Virus record (IMG/VR): IMGVR_UViG_3300035675_000001
Source: a virus
Taxonomy: Duplodnaviria > Caudoviricetes
DNA: 64,000 nucleotides
Direction: 5' to 3' (one strand)
Shown: positions 45,188 to 53,917 of the stretch, piece after piece
Layout of the letters: every line of letters starts with the position of its first letter
How positions within the stretch are numbered: position 1 is the first letter of the stretch
Position numbers and translations under genes: made by a program
The notes under the pieces: model-generated
The model's input: the letters and a program-made list of their open reading frames with translations, nothing else
Database searches by the model: none
What the model was told of the DNA's origin: nothing

Positions 45188-45891
45188 CTCTGAAACCGAT
45201 CAAGGGAATCTTCGACGCCGCCCTCGCAGATGATCCGAGAATCACCAAGGCAGGCAGCTACGCGCTCAATACGACAGGCGGCTGCCAGCAGACCTACGTC
45301 CTGAGCCGCACCGTGCTGGAACGCCGCATCCCAGGCGTCTTTGTCGAATGCGGCACAGCCTACGGCGCTCAGTTGGCGATCATGGCGATGGCGATGGAAA
45401 GGCTTAACGACCGCCGAGAAATTCACGGCTACGACTCATTCGCTGGTATTCCTTGTGCCGGGCCAAAAGACAGTCTCCAGCCAGGCTTGGGTGGGTTTCA
45501 GATGGACCGCAACTTGCCCCTGGAAAAACGCCTGGTCGGAACAAAGTCAATGGTCGCCGACCACGACACCTGCCGGGAGATGTTCTACGCCTGGAAAATC
45601 CCCGGCGTCACGCTTGAGCTGCACAAGGGCTGGTTTCAGCACACTCTGCCAGACAACAAGCTTGGCACCATCGCCTTCCTCCGCCTGGACGGCGACCTCT
45701 ACGAATCCACGGAAATCTGCCTGCGCTACCTCTACGACAAAGTGGCTCCTGGAGGAATAGTCTATGTGGACGACTGGTGCCTGAGCGGACCCGCCAGCGC
45801 CGTTGAAGAACTGTTCGAGGAGCGCAAACTCACCGCGCCGATATACCAAGACAAAGGAGGGTGCGTCGGAGCGGCCTACTGGTTCAAATGA
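45184..45891 (+). CDS. TylF/MycF/NovP-family O-methyltransferase
   Basis: PGVFVECGT..G, GYDSFAG, KGWFQHTLP, IAFLRLDGDLYEST, PGGIVYVDDW. Confidence 0.9.
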   Translation: MTLKPIKGIFDAALADDPRITKAGSYALNTTGGCQQTYVLSRTVLERRIPGVFVECGTAYGAQLAIMAMAMERLNDRREIHGYDSFAGIPCAGPKDSLQPGLGGFQMDRNLPLEKRLVGTKSMVADHDTCREMFYAWKIPGVTLELHKGWFQHTLPDNKLGTIAFLRLDGDLYESTEICLRYLYDKVAPGGIVYVDDWCLSGPASAVEELFEERKLTAPIYQDKGGCVGAAYWFK

Positions 45892-46244
45892 TCGCCATAA
45901 TCGGAACTCCTGACAGCACGACCACCTACATGGCCAACGCCCTGGCCCGGTCGGAAACCAGCTACATCATCGTCTGCAACTCCTCCGACTACACCTACGA
46001 GCCGCCCAAGCCGCCCGACCTCTCCGCGCTCGTTCACGCCTTCAAGCTTCATCAGGTCATGACCGAAGCCGAGGTCGCACTGATGAGGATGTGGAACGAC
46101 CAGCCCACCCGCGAAGGCATCCAGACCTGCCGCGAGCGGCATCGGAATCTGTATTCGTCGATCAAGTCTTTACCGCACTTCCGGTCAAGGTCTGATCGGC
46201 GAATCCCGTGCTGGCGCTCCACCCGCTGGAAAAGCCTGACTTAG
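45888..46244 (+). CDS. Hypothetical protein
   Basis: ATGA-coupled ORF with a basic C-terminus. Confidence 0.4.
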   Translation: MIAIIGTPDSTTTYMANALARSETSYIIVCNSSDYTYEPPKPPDLSALVHAFKLHQVMTEAEVALMRMWNDQPTREGIQTCRERHRNLYSSIKSLPHFRSRSDRRIPCWRSTRWKSLT

Positions 46245-46747
46245 AATGGCTCGTTATCTGAGACCGGCTGCTCGTAGTCAGGCACAGGCCCTTCGTAGCC
46301 GTAGTCCACGCAGTCAGGCTTCGAGTCGTTTTGCATGGTCTCCTGGCCAGGAACGACGTGCCCGTTCTCACTGTTCTCCGCGTGAGATAGGGGCTGGATG
46401 TTCCAGATATGGTAACCCTTATCGTGGTCGATCCGGTCCACGGTCATCGAGTCGGGGTTCTGCCCGCGCTTATCCATATAGCCCGTCTCCTGGCACCACT
46501 TTTTGAACTCAGCCAGGGTGATGGTGAAAGCCAGCTTGCGCTTCTTGGCCTTTTGCCGGATCGCGTTCAGGACGTAGGTTTCAGGATGGCGCTCCTTGAG
46601 CTGGCGGGACCGGCACTTCCAACAAAGCCTCAGCCTGCGACCAGTGTTGTTGATCGCGGCCTTATTACGGCACCATTTGGCAGCACACTTCTCCGCCTTG
46701 CTGGAGGCTTTGGGTGCCTTGCGAGTTCGTTTCTTCCGACGCCACAC
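46241..46747 (-). CDS. HNH-like endonuclease with N-terminal Zn finger
   Basis: CAAKWC...CWKC; MTVDRIDHDKGYHIWNIQPLSHAEN. Confidence 0.75.
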   Translation of the reverse strand: MWRRKKRTRKAPKASSKAEKCAAKWCRNKAAINNTGRRLRLCWKCRSRQLKERHPETYVLNAIRQKAKKRKLAFTITLAEFKKWCQETGYMDKRGQNPDSMTVDRIDHDKGYHIWNIQPLSHAENSENGHVVPGQETMQNDSKPDCVDYGYEGPVPDYEQPVSDNEPF

Positions 46748-46765
46748 GCCTATAAGAACGGAGCG

Positions 46766-47371
46766 TCATTCGATGTGATACTTGCGCTTCATCTCCCGTT
46801 TCCAGTTGGCAAACTCACCCGCCAACTTGTCTTCGTCAACAATGAGCGCGTTCTCCAGATCACCGATGGCCATGACGAGGGTTGTGAAGGTCAGCCCCTC
46901 GACGGTGCGGACGATGAAGAAGCGGTGCTTGCCGGGCACAACCTCCGAAAGATTGCGCTGCTCCAGCCACTCGACCAGCTCCATGTGGAGGTCGTCGAAA
47001 ATCTCCTGCTCCTCGTCGTCCCCTGGCGGGCCGTAAAGCTCCTCCAGGACGGTCTGATGGGCGTCCCACTCGAACCACATCATCACGTCGGCCTCGCGGT
47101 CGTCCGGGCGGAAGGCGGCGTCGAGGCCGCTGTCGCTCCAGGGGTAAGAAGTCGGTCGGCTTTGGACCTTGAACTCGTAGCCCCGGTCCCACAGCGACTC
47201 CATTTCCGCGAACTCCCTGGGGGCCTTGCGCTGCCAGTCTTGCTCATGGCTATTCCAGAGGGAGTCCTTCATCCTGATCTCGACAGTAACCGGCTGATAC
47301 CCGGCGTCTTTCACCAGGTCTTCGTCATCGGTTTCGAGCAAAAACCGGAGGATTGGCTGCGTGCGGTCCAC
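46766..47371 (-). CDS. Tagged putative internal head protein
   Basis: ILRFLLETDDEDLVKDA near GTG 47371. Confidence 0.6.
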   Translation of the reverse strand: MDRTQPILRFLLETDDEDLVKDAGYQPVTVEIRMKDSLWNSHEQDWQRKAPREFAEMESLWDRGYEFKVQSRPTSYPWSDSGLDAAFRPDDREADVMMWFEWDAHQTVLEELYGPPGDDEEQEIFDDLHMELVEWLEQRNLSEVVPGKHRFFIVRTVEGLTFTTLVMAIGDLENALIVDEDKLAGEFANWKREMKRKYHIE

Positions 47372-47393
47372 AGTTCGTTCTTCCTTGATAGGT

Positions 47394-49457
47394 ATGCCTG
47401 TCGGAAAGGTAAACAAAAAGACGCTCACTGAGCAGGTCGAAGACATTCTGGCCAAAGGGTTACAGGGCGAGAATATCAACGCCATGCTTGCCTCTCTTTC
47501 TCCTTACGCGAGAAAGGTATGGGAGGACATGCTGACCCAGTTCCGTGAGTCCGGCGATTCTGAGCTTTTGGAACAGCTCAAGGTCGCCGACTACACCGAG
47601 AAGCCGCCCACGATGGATGAGTTCCTGACCGATCCTTTCTACCTGGGGTCGCTGATGGTCAAAAGCCAGGACTCCGAGGGCTTGTTCCCCACCTGGAAGG
47701 ACATCCTGGTCAGCGACTTCAACTACGACAGCGCGATCCACAACTGCGTCATCACCGGGTCGCTGGGCATCGGCAAGACCTTCGTGATGGTCACGATCCT
47801 CCTCTACCGGATGCTCCTGGCCACGCTCCTGCGGAACCCCCACAACTTCTTCGGCCTGACTCGCGGCACCAAGATCATCTTCAACCTCCTGTCCGTCACC
47901 AAGGCAGCAGTCACGGAAACGGCGTTCGGCGACGCGCAGAACTTCATGTCGAACTGCCCCTACTTCCTGGAGGAATGCGGCTACGACCCGGACAACAGCT
48001 ACACCAACTTCCGCATCCCGCTGAAAAACTCGCTGATGCTCACAGCCGGGTCCAAGGGCCAGCACTTGCTGGGTCGTAACGTGATCGGCGTGGGCCTGGA
48101 CGAAGGCAACTGGCGCTTGGAAGCGGAGCCGGACACCAAGGCTTACGAGCTGTTCAACGAAGTCCGAAATCGTATCAACAACCGCTTCCGCAAAGTCGCG
48201 GGCTACCTCCCGGCCATCTCGATCCTGGCGTCGTCGGCCAAGGACGAATCGAGCTTCACGGAAACGATCATCAAGGAAATCGACGCGGCCAAAGACCCGG
48301 ACACGCAGAAGGTCTATCGCAACAGCGTTTACAAAATCAAGCGGCACGCCCTCCAGCTTGGACCGCGCTGGTTCAAAGTCGCCTACGGCCTCAAGAACAT
48401 CCCGCCCATGATGCTGGCGGGCTGGTATGACGAGCAAGGCACTCCCACCGGCCAGGACACTCACGAGTCCCCCGCGCCGGGCGCGAGCACTGAGCTGGTG
48501 CCGGAGCTTTACTTCTCCGAGTTCAAGCGCCGACCGCTCAACGCGCTGCGCGACGTGTGCGGTATCAGCACGGGCGGCGTCAACCGCTGGTTCGGCTCAA
48601 TGGTGGATTTCGAGCGTTGCGTCGAGCTGGCCGAGAAAGACGGCGTGCTCTGCCCGGTCACATCCGCCCTGGAGATGATCCCGGTCTCGATGGAGGACGG
48701 CAAAAACATTTGGGACTACCTCGATCACCGCACCTTCCTGACCCGCGTCCAGTCGCAGATCATCCCCAAGCGGCACCCTTACTCCCAGCGTTACGCCCAC
48801 ATCGACTTGGCCACGCAGAACATGGCGGGCCTGGCCGTCTGTCACCTGGTCGGCAAACAACTGATCGAGGGCATGGTTTCGTCCTCCAACCCCGGCGTGC
48901 CCTTCTCCGACTACCGGCTGATCGTGGAGTATGACTTCATCCTGACCCTGACGGCAGGCCAGGTGAAGCCCATCAGCCTGGAGAAGATTCAGAACTTCCT
49001 GCTCTGGCTGGCGACCAAGTGCGGCTACAACTTCGGCCTGGTCACGTTCGACCAGTTCCAGTCGGAGATGAGCCTCCAGATGCTCGAAGCTCGCGGCTTC
49101 AAGGTAGATAAACAGAGCGTTGACCGGAACAAGGACGCCTACATCAACTGGCGCATGGCCGTTGAGGAATTGAGGCTCCGGCCCTACCGGCACCGCCACA
49201 TGATGATGGAAGCCGAAAACCTGCTGGACACCGACAAGAAGGTGGATCACCCGCCCAACGGGTCCAAGGACACGACCGACGCCTGCGCGGGGGCCTACAA
49301 CAACGCCGTCAACAGCGAGGAGAAGGTCACCATCATGAACCCCAACAACCCGCGCATCCACTCCACGCGCAATCTGGAGGGGCTGATCCAGGAGAAACCG
49401 CCTATCGAGATCAACATGCCCCCTGGCTACACCCGCGTTAAGAGCTTCAAAGTCTGA
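47394..49457 (+). CDS. terL: Terminase large subunit
   Basis: ITGSLGIGKT Walker A, VGLDEG Walker B, HIDLA, TFDQFQS, VDHPPNGSKDTTDA RNase H-like nuclease. Confidence 0.93.
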   Translation: MPVGKVNKKTLTEQVEDILAKGLQGENINAMLASLSPYARKVWEDMLTQFRESGDSELLEQLKVADYTEKPPTMDEFLTDPFYLGSLMVKSQDSEGLFPTWKDILVSDFNYDSAIHNCVITGSLGIGKTFVMVTILLYRMLLATLLRNPHNFFGLTRGTKIIFNLLSVTKAAVTETAFGDAQNFMSNCPYFLEECGYDPDNSYTNFRIPLKNSLMLTAGSKGQHLLGRNVIGVGLDEGNWRLEAEPDTKAYELFNEVRNRINNRFRKVAGYLPAISILASSAKDESSFTETIIKEIDAAKDPDTQKVYRNSVYKIKRHALQLGPRWFKVAYGLKNIPPMMLAGWYDEQGTPTGQDTHESPAPGASTELVPELYFSEFKRRPLNALRDVCGISTGGVNRWFGSMVDFERCVELAEKDGVLCPVTSALEMIPVSMEDGKNIWDYLDHRTFLTRVQSQIIPKRHPYSQRYAHIDLATQNMAGLAVCHLVGKQLIEGMVSSSNPGVPFSDYRLIVEYDFILTLTAGQVKPISLEKIQNFLLWLATKCGYNFGLVTFDQFQSEMSLQMLEARGFKVDKQSVDRNKDAYINWRMAVEELRLRPYRHRHMMMEAENLLDTDKKVDHPPNGSKDTTDACAGAYNNAVNSEEKVTIMNPNNPRIHSTRNLEGLIQEKPPIEINMPPGYTRVKSFKV

Positions 49458-49476
49458 AATCCGTTCTATTGGGAGT

Positions 49477-49869
49477 ATGAAAAACGAACAAGTTGATCGA
49501 CCGCCGCTCGACCCGGAGGCGCTACGCCAGGAGATCGAGGATGTGTTTACGTTCGGCATTCCCGTCACCCCGGAGCAACATCACGCATGTCAACAAATTC
49601 AAAACGCCTGCAAAACCCTGGCTCACGGCATCATGCAGCTCGTGCCAGAGGGCAAGGAACAGACCATCGCCATCAACAACCTGCTGGGAGTGGCCCTGTG
49701 GAGCCGCCACGGGATCACGCGCCGGAGCATCATTGTTGCGGCGGGGGTGCCGTGGGAGGAGGCTGCGCCTGTAGCCACGGAAGTTCACCTGGGGCCGGAG
49801 CCGACGATTCAGGACCAGGTGGAAGCCCTCCAGAAGAAGCAGCAGGGCATCCCCGGCGACAATACCTGA
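49477..49869 (+). CDS. Acb2/Tad1-like helical hairpin protein (divergent)
   Basis: IEDVFTF..P...EQ.....I...K.LA..I..L.P.G.E.T.A...L.....W....I.R. Confidence 0.55.
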   Translation: MKNEQVDRPPLDPEALRQEIEDVFTFGIPVTPEQHHACQQIQNACKTLAHGIMQLVPEGKEQTIAINNLLGVALWSRHGITRRSIIVAAGVPWEEAAPVATEVHLGPEPTIQDQVEALQKKQQGIPGDNT

Positions 49870-49984
49870 TCTCCGAGGACCGAATCCTCCAGATCAGCAA
49901 TGACATCTCGGAGGACATGTGTTCGGCCAAGGCCAGTGAACTGGTCGAGGTCGTTAAGTATTTCAGAGATGAGTTCGATGACCT

Positions 49985-51142
49985 ATGGAATCAGACACAA
50001 GAGCTAAAGATGACAGTGGGCGGAACGCTCGTGGAGACCGGCCTAAAGCTGATGCAGTCAAGACTGTGTTCGTCTCCGGGTGCTTCGACCTCCTCCACGG
50101 CGGGCACATCGAGTTCCTTACGCAAGCCAAAGCCCTCGGCCAAAAGCTCGTCGTCTGCGTCCCCACGGACGAAGTGATCCAGCGGCACAAGCAGCGCCCC
50201 GCTGCCATGCCCTTGGATCACCGGATGGACGTGCTCAAGTCGCTTTCGATGGTGGACGAGGTTGTCGTCGGCGATGACCCGGACGCGGGGCTGAACTTCA
50301 AAACCAAGTTCGGCGAAATCAAGCCCGCGATCCTGGCCGTCACCGAAGATGACAAATTCGAGGCCGGGAAGCGGAAGCTCTGTAAACGGTTTGGAGCCGA
50401 ATATGTGAAGCTCCCCAAAACCCTCAAATACGAGCCTGTCAGCACAACTGACCTCCGCAACTCTCTCAAAGCCCCGGAATACGTTCCCGTGCGCGTGGAC
50501 TTCGGCGGCGGCTGGCTGGACGTGCCCCGGTTTGCCCGGCCTGACAGCTTCGTAGTCAACTGCGCCGTCACCCCGATGGTCAGCCTCAAGAACTGGGGCT
50601 ACGAGCGCAACGGCGGGCTGGGCGGGTCCGCCGCCTACAACGTCCTGATGGGCAATAACGCCGTCAACACCGAGCTGGAGCTGGGCGTTGGCTGGCAAGA
50701 CCCCGCCGTCATCACCGAGACCGGCCTGTGCTCCTGGGTCTCCGGGCCACGCCCGGTCCTGGACATGAAGACCTCCGGCGACTGGCTGGCGGGCATGATG
50801 GCGCTGGCCTGGACCGGCAAGCCCCACAACACGCCCAGCTTGGTCTCGAACTCACGCAACTGGGACATGATTGCCGAGGCAGGTAAAGTTTGCCGCAATG
50901 CCGTCCGCAGCGGGTCGTTCATGACCCTGGTGACGGGCATCAACCTGAGCTACACGGTTCAGCGTCAAGAGGGAATGGACGAATTGCCCTCTGTCGGCGA
51001 GATCGCCAAAAAGTATTGCGGGGGAGGATTTGGCGGATACGCATTATATTTGTTTACAAATTCGACTAACCGCGAGAGCTTCGTCGCGGCTGGGAGCGGA
51101 CGCATCGCAATCGAGCCGTTCATCCGCCAGCCTGGAAGCTGA
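49985..51142 (+). CDS. Cytidylyltransferase (RfaE/TagD-like) fused to a GHMP sugar kinase (HddA-like)
   Basis: FVSGCFDLLHGGH; PVRVDFGGGWLDVP, GGLGGSAA, GWQDP, KYCGGGFGGY. Confidence 0.85.
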   Translation: MESDTRAKDDSGRNARGDRPKADAVKTVFVSGCFDLLHGGHIEFLTQAKALGQKLVVCVPTDEVIQRHKQRPAAMPLDHRMDVLKSLSMVDEVVVGDDPDAGLNFKTKFGEIKPAILAVTEDDKFEAGKRKLCKRFGAEYVKLPKTLKYEPVSTTDLRNSLKAPEYVPVRVDFGGGWLDVPRFARPDSFVVNCAVTPMVSLKNWGYERNGGLGGSAAYNVLMGNNAVNTELELGVGWQDPAVITETGLCSWVSGPRPVLDMKTSGDWLAGMMALAWTGKPHNTPSLVSNSRNWDMIAEAGKVCRNAVRSGSFMTLVTGINLSYTVQRQEGMDELPSVGEIAKKYCGGGFGGYALYLFTNSTNRESFVAAGSGRIAIEPFIRQPGS

Positions 51143-51172
51143 GATTTCCACGGGCGGAGTGCGTTCGTCCTG

Positions 51173-51179
51173 GTAGTTA
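51173..51179 (+). promoter_or_regulatory. GTAGTTA element before the gp53-like gene
   Basis: GGTAGTTATGAC-ATG, 4-nt spacer. Confidence 0.6.
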
Positions 51180-51183
51180 TGAC

Positions 51184-51543
51184 ATGGCAGATAATGAGCC
51201 AGCAGCAGTCCGTGTTGAGCTGGTGCCGTATTCGATGTTTGCGGCAACCCCGGCTTATCAGATTGACGCTGAACTCGATACCGGCAAAGAGTCGGTAATC
51301 GTGTTCGGCCTCAAGCGCGACCCTGTTGTCCCCGATCCCACCGACATCCTGTTCACCGTTCCGACCGGAGGCGGCGGACGGTTTGACCTCATCTCGCAAA
51401 AGTTCTACGGCACCCCGGAGCTATGGTGGGCCATCTCGCGCTGCAATGTTGACCTCGACCCGATGATCGGGCCAGAGGTTGGCAGCATCATCCGGGTTCC
51501 AACCCGCCTGCGACTGGCCAGCCTGGGGGTGCTGAATGTCTGA
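51184..51543 (+). CDS. Baseplate wedge/tail protein (gp53 / P2 gpX / LysM-like)
   Basis: RFDLISQKFYGTPELWWAI...N..LDP....VG..IRVP. Confidence 0.75.
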   Translation: MADNEPAAVRVELVPYSMFAATPAYQIDAELDTGKESVIVFGLKRDPVVPDPTDILFTVPTGGGGRFDLISQKFYGTPELWWAISRCNVDLDPMIGPEVGSIIRVPTRLRLASLGVLNV

Positions 51544-53284
51544 GGCCCTGGCCATCCTCGCCCGCGTGCTGGAGTCCGACGAAGATTTCGTCGGCAAGGA
51601 CATGGACATCCACATGCCCTACGGCATCGGCAGCCGCGTGAAGGTCACCGATGGTGACTACACCGGCGAGCCAGGCACGGTCATGGGCATGGGGAACCTG
51701 GGCAACAACGTGCGCGGCTTTTGGGTCCACCTGGACGGGGCTGACGACGACATCAACAGCGCGATCCTCTACCCCGCCGACCGCCTGGCTCCCGCCCACG
51801 ACCTCAAGTATCCTCCCGGCATCCTCTGGCGCATCACCCAGGGCGAGTTCGCCGGGCGCAAGGCCATCCTGACCGGCACCAACAAGGCCGGAAGCATGTT
51901 CGTTCACGTCGAGGGGCACCCGGACGACTGGCAGATGATTTCCATGCGCCAGAACGAGTTGGAGCCGCTGGCCGAATCCGAGCTGATGGGCGACGAGGAC
52001 GACGTAAAAGCTGTGGCGGGCTACGTCACGCCGGAGTTGCAGCTCGACACCGATCCCAAGTCGAAGAACCAGCAGACTTTTGTTTACGCCTACGGCGAGT
52101 TCATTGGGACCGTTTCCGAAGACCTGGCCACGCCGGGCGACTGGGTGGTGACCTTCGTGCCCAACAAGGGCTACATCTGGAAGCGCGGGTTCAGGACCAG
52201 AGAGGATGCCGCAATGGCGATCTGGCAGGACCGCATCGGCATGAAGAAGCTGCGCGAGGAGGTCGAAGATGACGAGGGCTTCAAGGACGTTTACAGCGGC
52301 GAATACCCGACGTTCAACTTCCTGGTGAAGCGCGATCCGCAGGGCCGGGAGCAGTGGGGCAGCGGGGTGTGGAATGTTTACATCGACGGCTCAGAGCTGG
52401 GCATGGAGCACGTCCCCCACATGTGGATCGGCGAGATCGAAGCCGTGCGCGGCGAGGGCAACCAGCTCCAAGGCTGGCGCATCAGCAACCTGCCCTACCC
52501 GTCATCGCCCAAAGCCATCCCTGAGCTTTTTCCGCAGCAGCTCGACGCCGCCCGCTACATTTGGGGCGAGCGCCTGCGCCCGCGCAACGAGGCCAAGGAC
52601 CATCAGCGAGTTCGCCGCCTGGTCGGCAAGCTGATTGACGAAGCCGATGAGGACGAGCCTGACTTCAAGGAGTTCGCCTTCGATCCCGTGGCCAGCGCCG
52701 TAAGCGCCCTGGAGGGAGCCGGGTTCAAGATCGAGCGAGCCGACCGTGAGGGCGACGACATCTTCCTGCGGTTCACCTGGCCCGCGTTCAACGCCGTCGC
52801 CTACATCAATGGGGCCAAGCGGGCGCTGGAAGCCATCCGGCCTTTCATCAACGTGAGGCACGGCGACTACCGCGTGGACCGGGAGCTGGACGAGCAGGGC
52901 CAGAAGATCGCCCGCATGTTCATCCGCCGAAAGGATGACCAGGCACCCTGGCTCTGGAAGATCGAGCGCATCCCCAACTATTACGACCACAATGTCGCGC
53001 CGGGGGACGTGGTGAACACGTCGGCGGAATACAAGATTTTCTTCAATGGCCAGGAAGCAGGACTGTTCTTGGCACCGAACTATGACGTAGCGGAGCGCGT
53101 CCGGGAGGAGATGGCCCAACTGCACAAGGTGCATGGGTTTTACCCTCCTGGATGGGACGCGCCCGGTAACGCATGGGGCAAGGGCCACGCCATTGAGTGG
53201 TGGAGACGCAACCGTAAAAAGTTAGGCAACGTCGCCAGAAGCAACGAACCGTTTTTTGATCGGGGCCTCCTGGCGACCCGATAA
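51536..53284 (+). CDS. Four-tag polyprotein-like protein with two KOW/SH3-like units
   Basis: Tags VLESDEDFVGKDM, LAESELMGDEDDVKAV, LREEVEDDEGFKDV, LIDEADEDEPDFKEF; RVKVTDGDYTG..G and WRITQGEFAG..A. Confidence 0.65.
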   Translation: MSEALAILARVLESDEDFVGKDMDIHMPYGIGSRVKVTDGDYTGEPGTVMGMGNLGNNVRGFWVHLDGADDDINSAILYPADRLAPAHDLKYPPGILWRITQGEFAGRKAILTGTNKAGSMFVHVEGHPDDWQMISMRQNELEPLAESELMGDEDDVKAVAGYVTPELQLDTDPKSKNQQTFVYAYGEFIGTVSEDLATPGDWVVTFVPNKGYIWKRGFRTREDAAMAIWQDRIGMKKLREEVEDDEGFKDVYSGEYPTFNFLVKRDPQGREQWGSGVWNVYIDGSELGMEHVPHMWIGEIEAVRGEGNQLQGWRISNLPYPSSPKAIPELFPQQLDAARYIWGERLRPRNEAKDHQRVRRLVGKLIDEADEDEPDFKEFAFDPVASAVSALEGAGFKIERADREGDDIFLRFTWPAFNAVAYINGAKRALEAIRPFINVRHGDYRVDRELDEQGQKIARMFIRRKDDQAPWLWKIERIPNYYDHNVAPGDVVNTSAEYKIFFNGQEAGLFLAPNYDVAERVREEMAQLHKVHGFYPPGWDAPGNAWGKGHAIEWWRRNRKKLGNVARSNEPFFDRGLLATR

Positions 53285-53285
53285 C

Positions 53286-53435
53286 ATGACCGAAAGAGAT
53301 GAACAACTTTGGAAAGAAAGAGTAAGCAGGGAACACCCGGAACGCGGGCTGGCTATCATCATACTTGGTAGCACCCTGCTCTACGGAACGCTGACAGTAT
53401 TTTTGTTGATTAAACTTTTTAACTACTTGCTATGA
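53286..53435 (+). CDS. Small membrane protein (49 aa; below the ORF track cutoff)
   Basis: MTERDEQLWKE...GLAIIILGSTLLYGTLTVFLLIKLFNYLL; stop overlaps the next ATG. Confidence 0.5.
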   Translation: MTERDEQLWKERVSREHPERGLAIIILGSTLLYGTLTVFLLIKLFNYLL

Positions 53436-53917
53436 GCTTTTTAACTGAACGCAAGATGGCGAACACGCTGGACGTGCCCATCGCCCTGCCCGCCACGGAA
53501 CTCAAGATGTCCGATTGGCTGGTGATCGCCACGATCAAGCTGACCGCACCTTCGCGCCTCGCGGTGCGGATGCTCCACTTCAACTTCATCAGCTCGACCG
53601 TGGACTTGCAGAACATCAAAACGGTCAACTACATCAACTCCAGCATGGGCTTGTGCTACGTGGGGCTGTTCCTGAACTACACGAACGGCGACCCCTCGCA
53701 GCTCACCAAGCTCGACAAGGTGAGCGCCAGCAGCCTGGGCGTCTTCACCCGCCTTGGCAATCCGCTCATCATCAGCACGCCCGGCACCTACACCTGGCTG
53801 GCCGTCAACAACGTCCAATACAGCAACCAGAACCCCTACCTCACGGTGACGGACAGCGCGGACTTCCGCGTGAGTTGCACCGGCCAGTGGCGCATTGAAC
53901 TCGACCCGACGCAATGA
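53432..53917 (+). CDS. Beta-rich virion protein, paralog of 57927..58352
   Basis: LDVPIALPATELK...PGTY.....NN...D..V..TG. Confidence 0.55.
   Translation: MSFLTERKMANTLDVPIALPATELKMSDWLVIATIKLTAPSRLAVRMLHFNFISSTVDLQNIKTVNYINSSMGLCYVGLFLNYTNGDPSQLTKLDKVSASSLGVFTRLGNPLIISTPGTYTWLAVNNVQYSNQNPYLTVTDSADFRVSCTGQWRIELDPTQ

Noticed and set aside
37980-46510. TGGCAC-containing candidates for sigma-54 promoters (e.g. 37987, 46491)
   Set aside because: None has TTGC at the required -12 spacing, and all lie within coding sequence
47394-49457. Intein or intron in terL
   Set aside because: ATPase and nuclease motifs are in the usual order, with no C/S...HN splice motifs or LAGLIDADG block
49587-50177. 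Alternative-frame ORF whose middle (about 49866-50050) reads like protein
   Set aside because: It overlaps both neighbours heavily and has no clear start; a short real gene in 49870-49985 cannot be excluded
53420-53426. Minus-strand GTAGTTA as the promoter of ORF 53043..53336
   Set aside because: That ORF overlaps a strong plus-strand gene and looks spurious; the site lies in a small membrane-protein CDS and is treated as a chance exception
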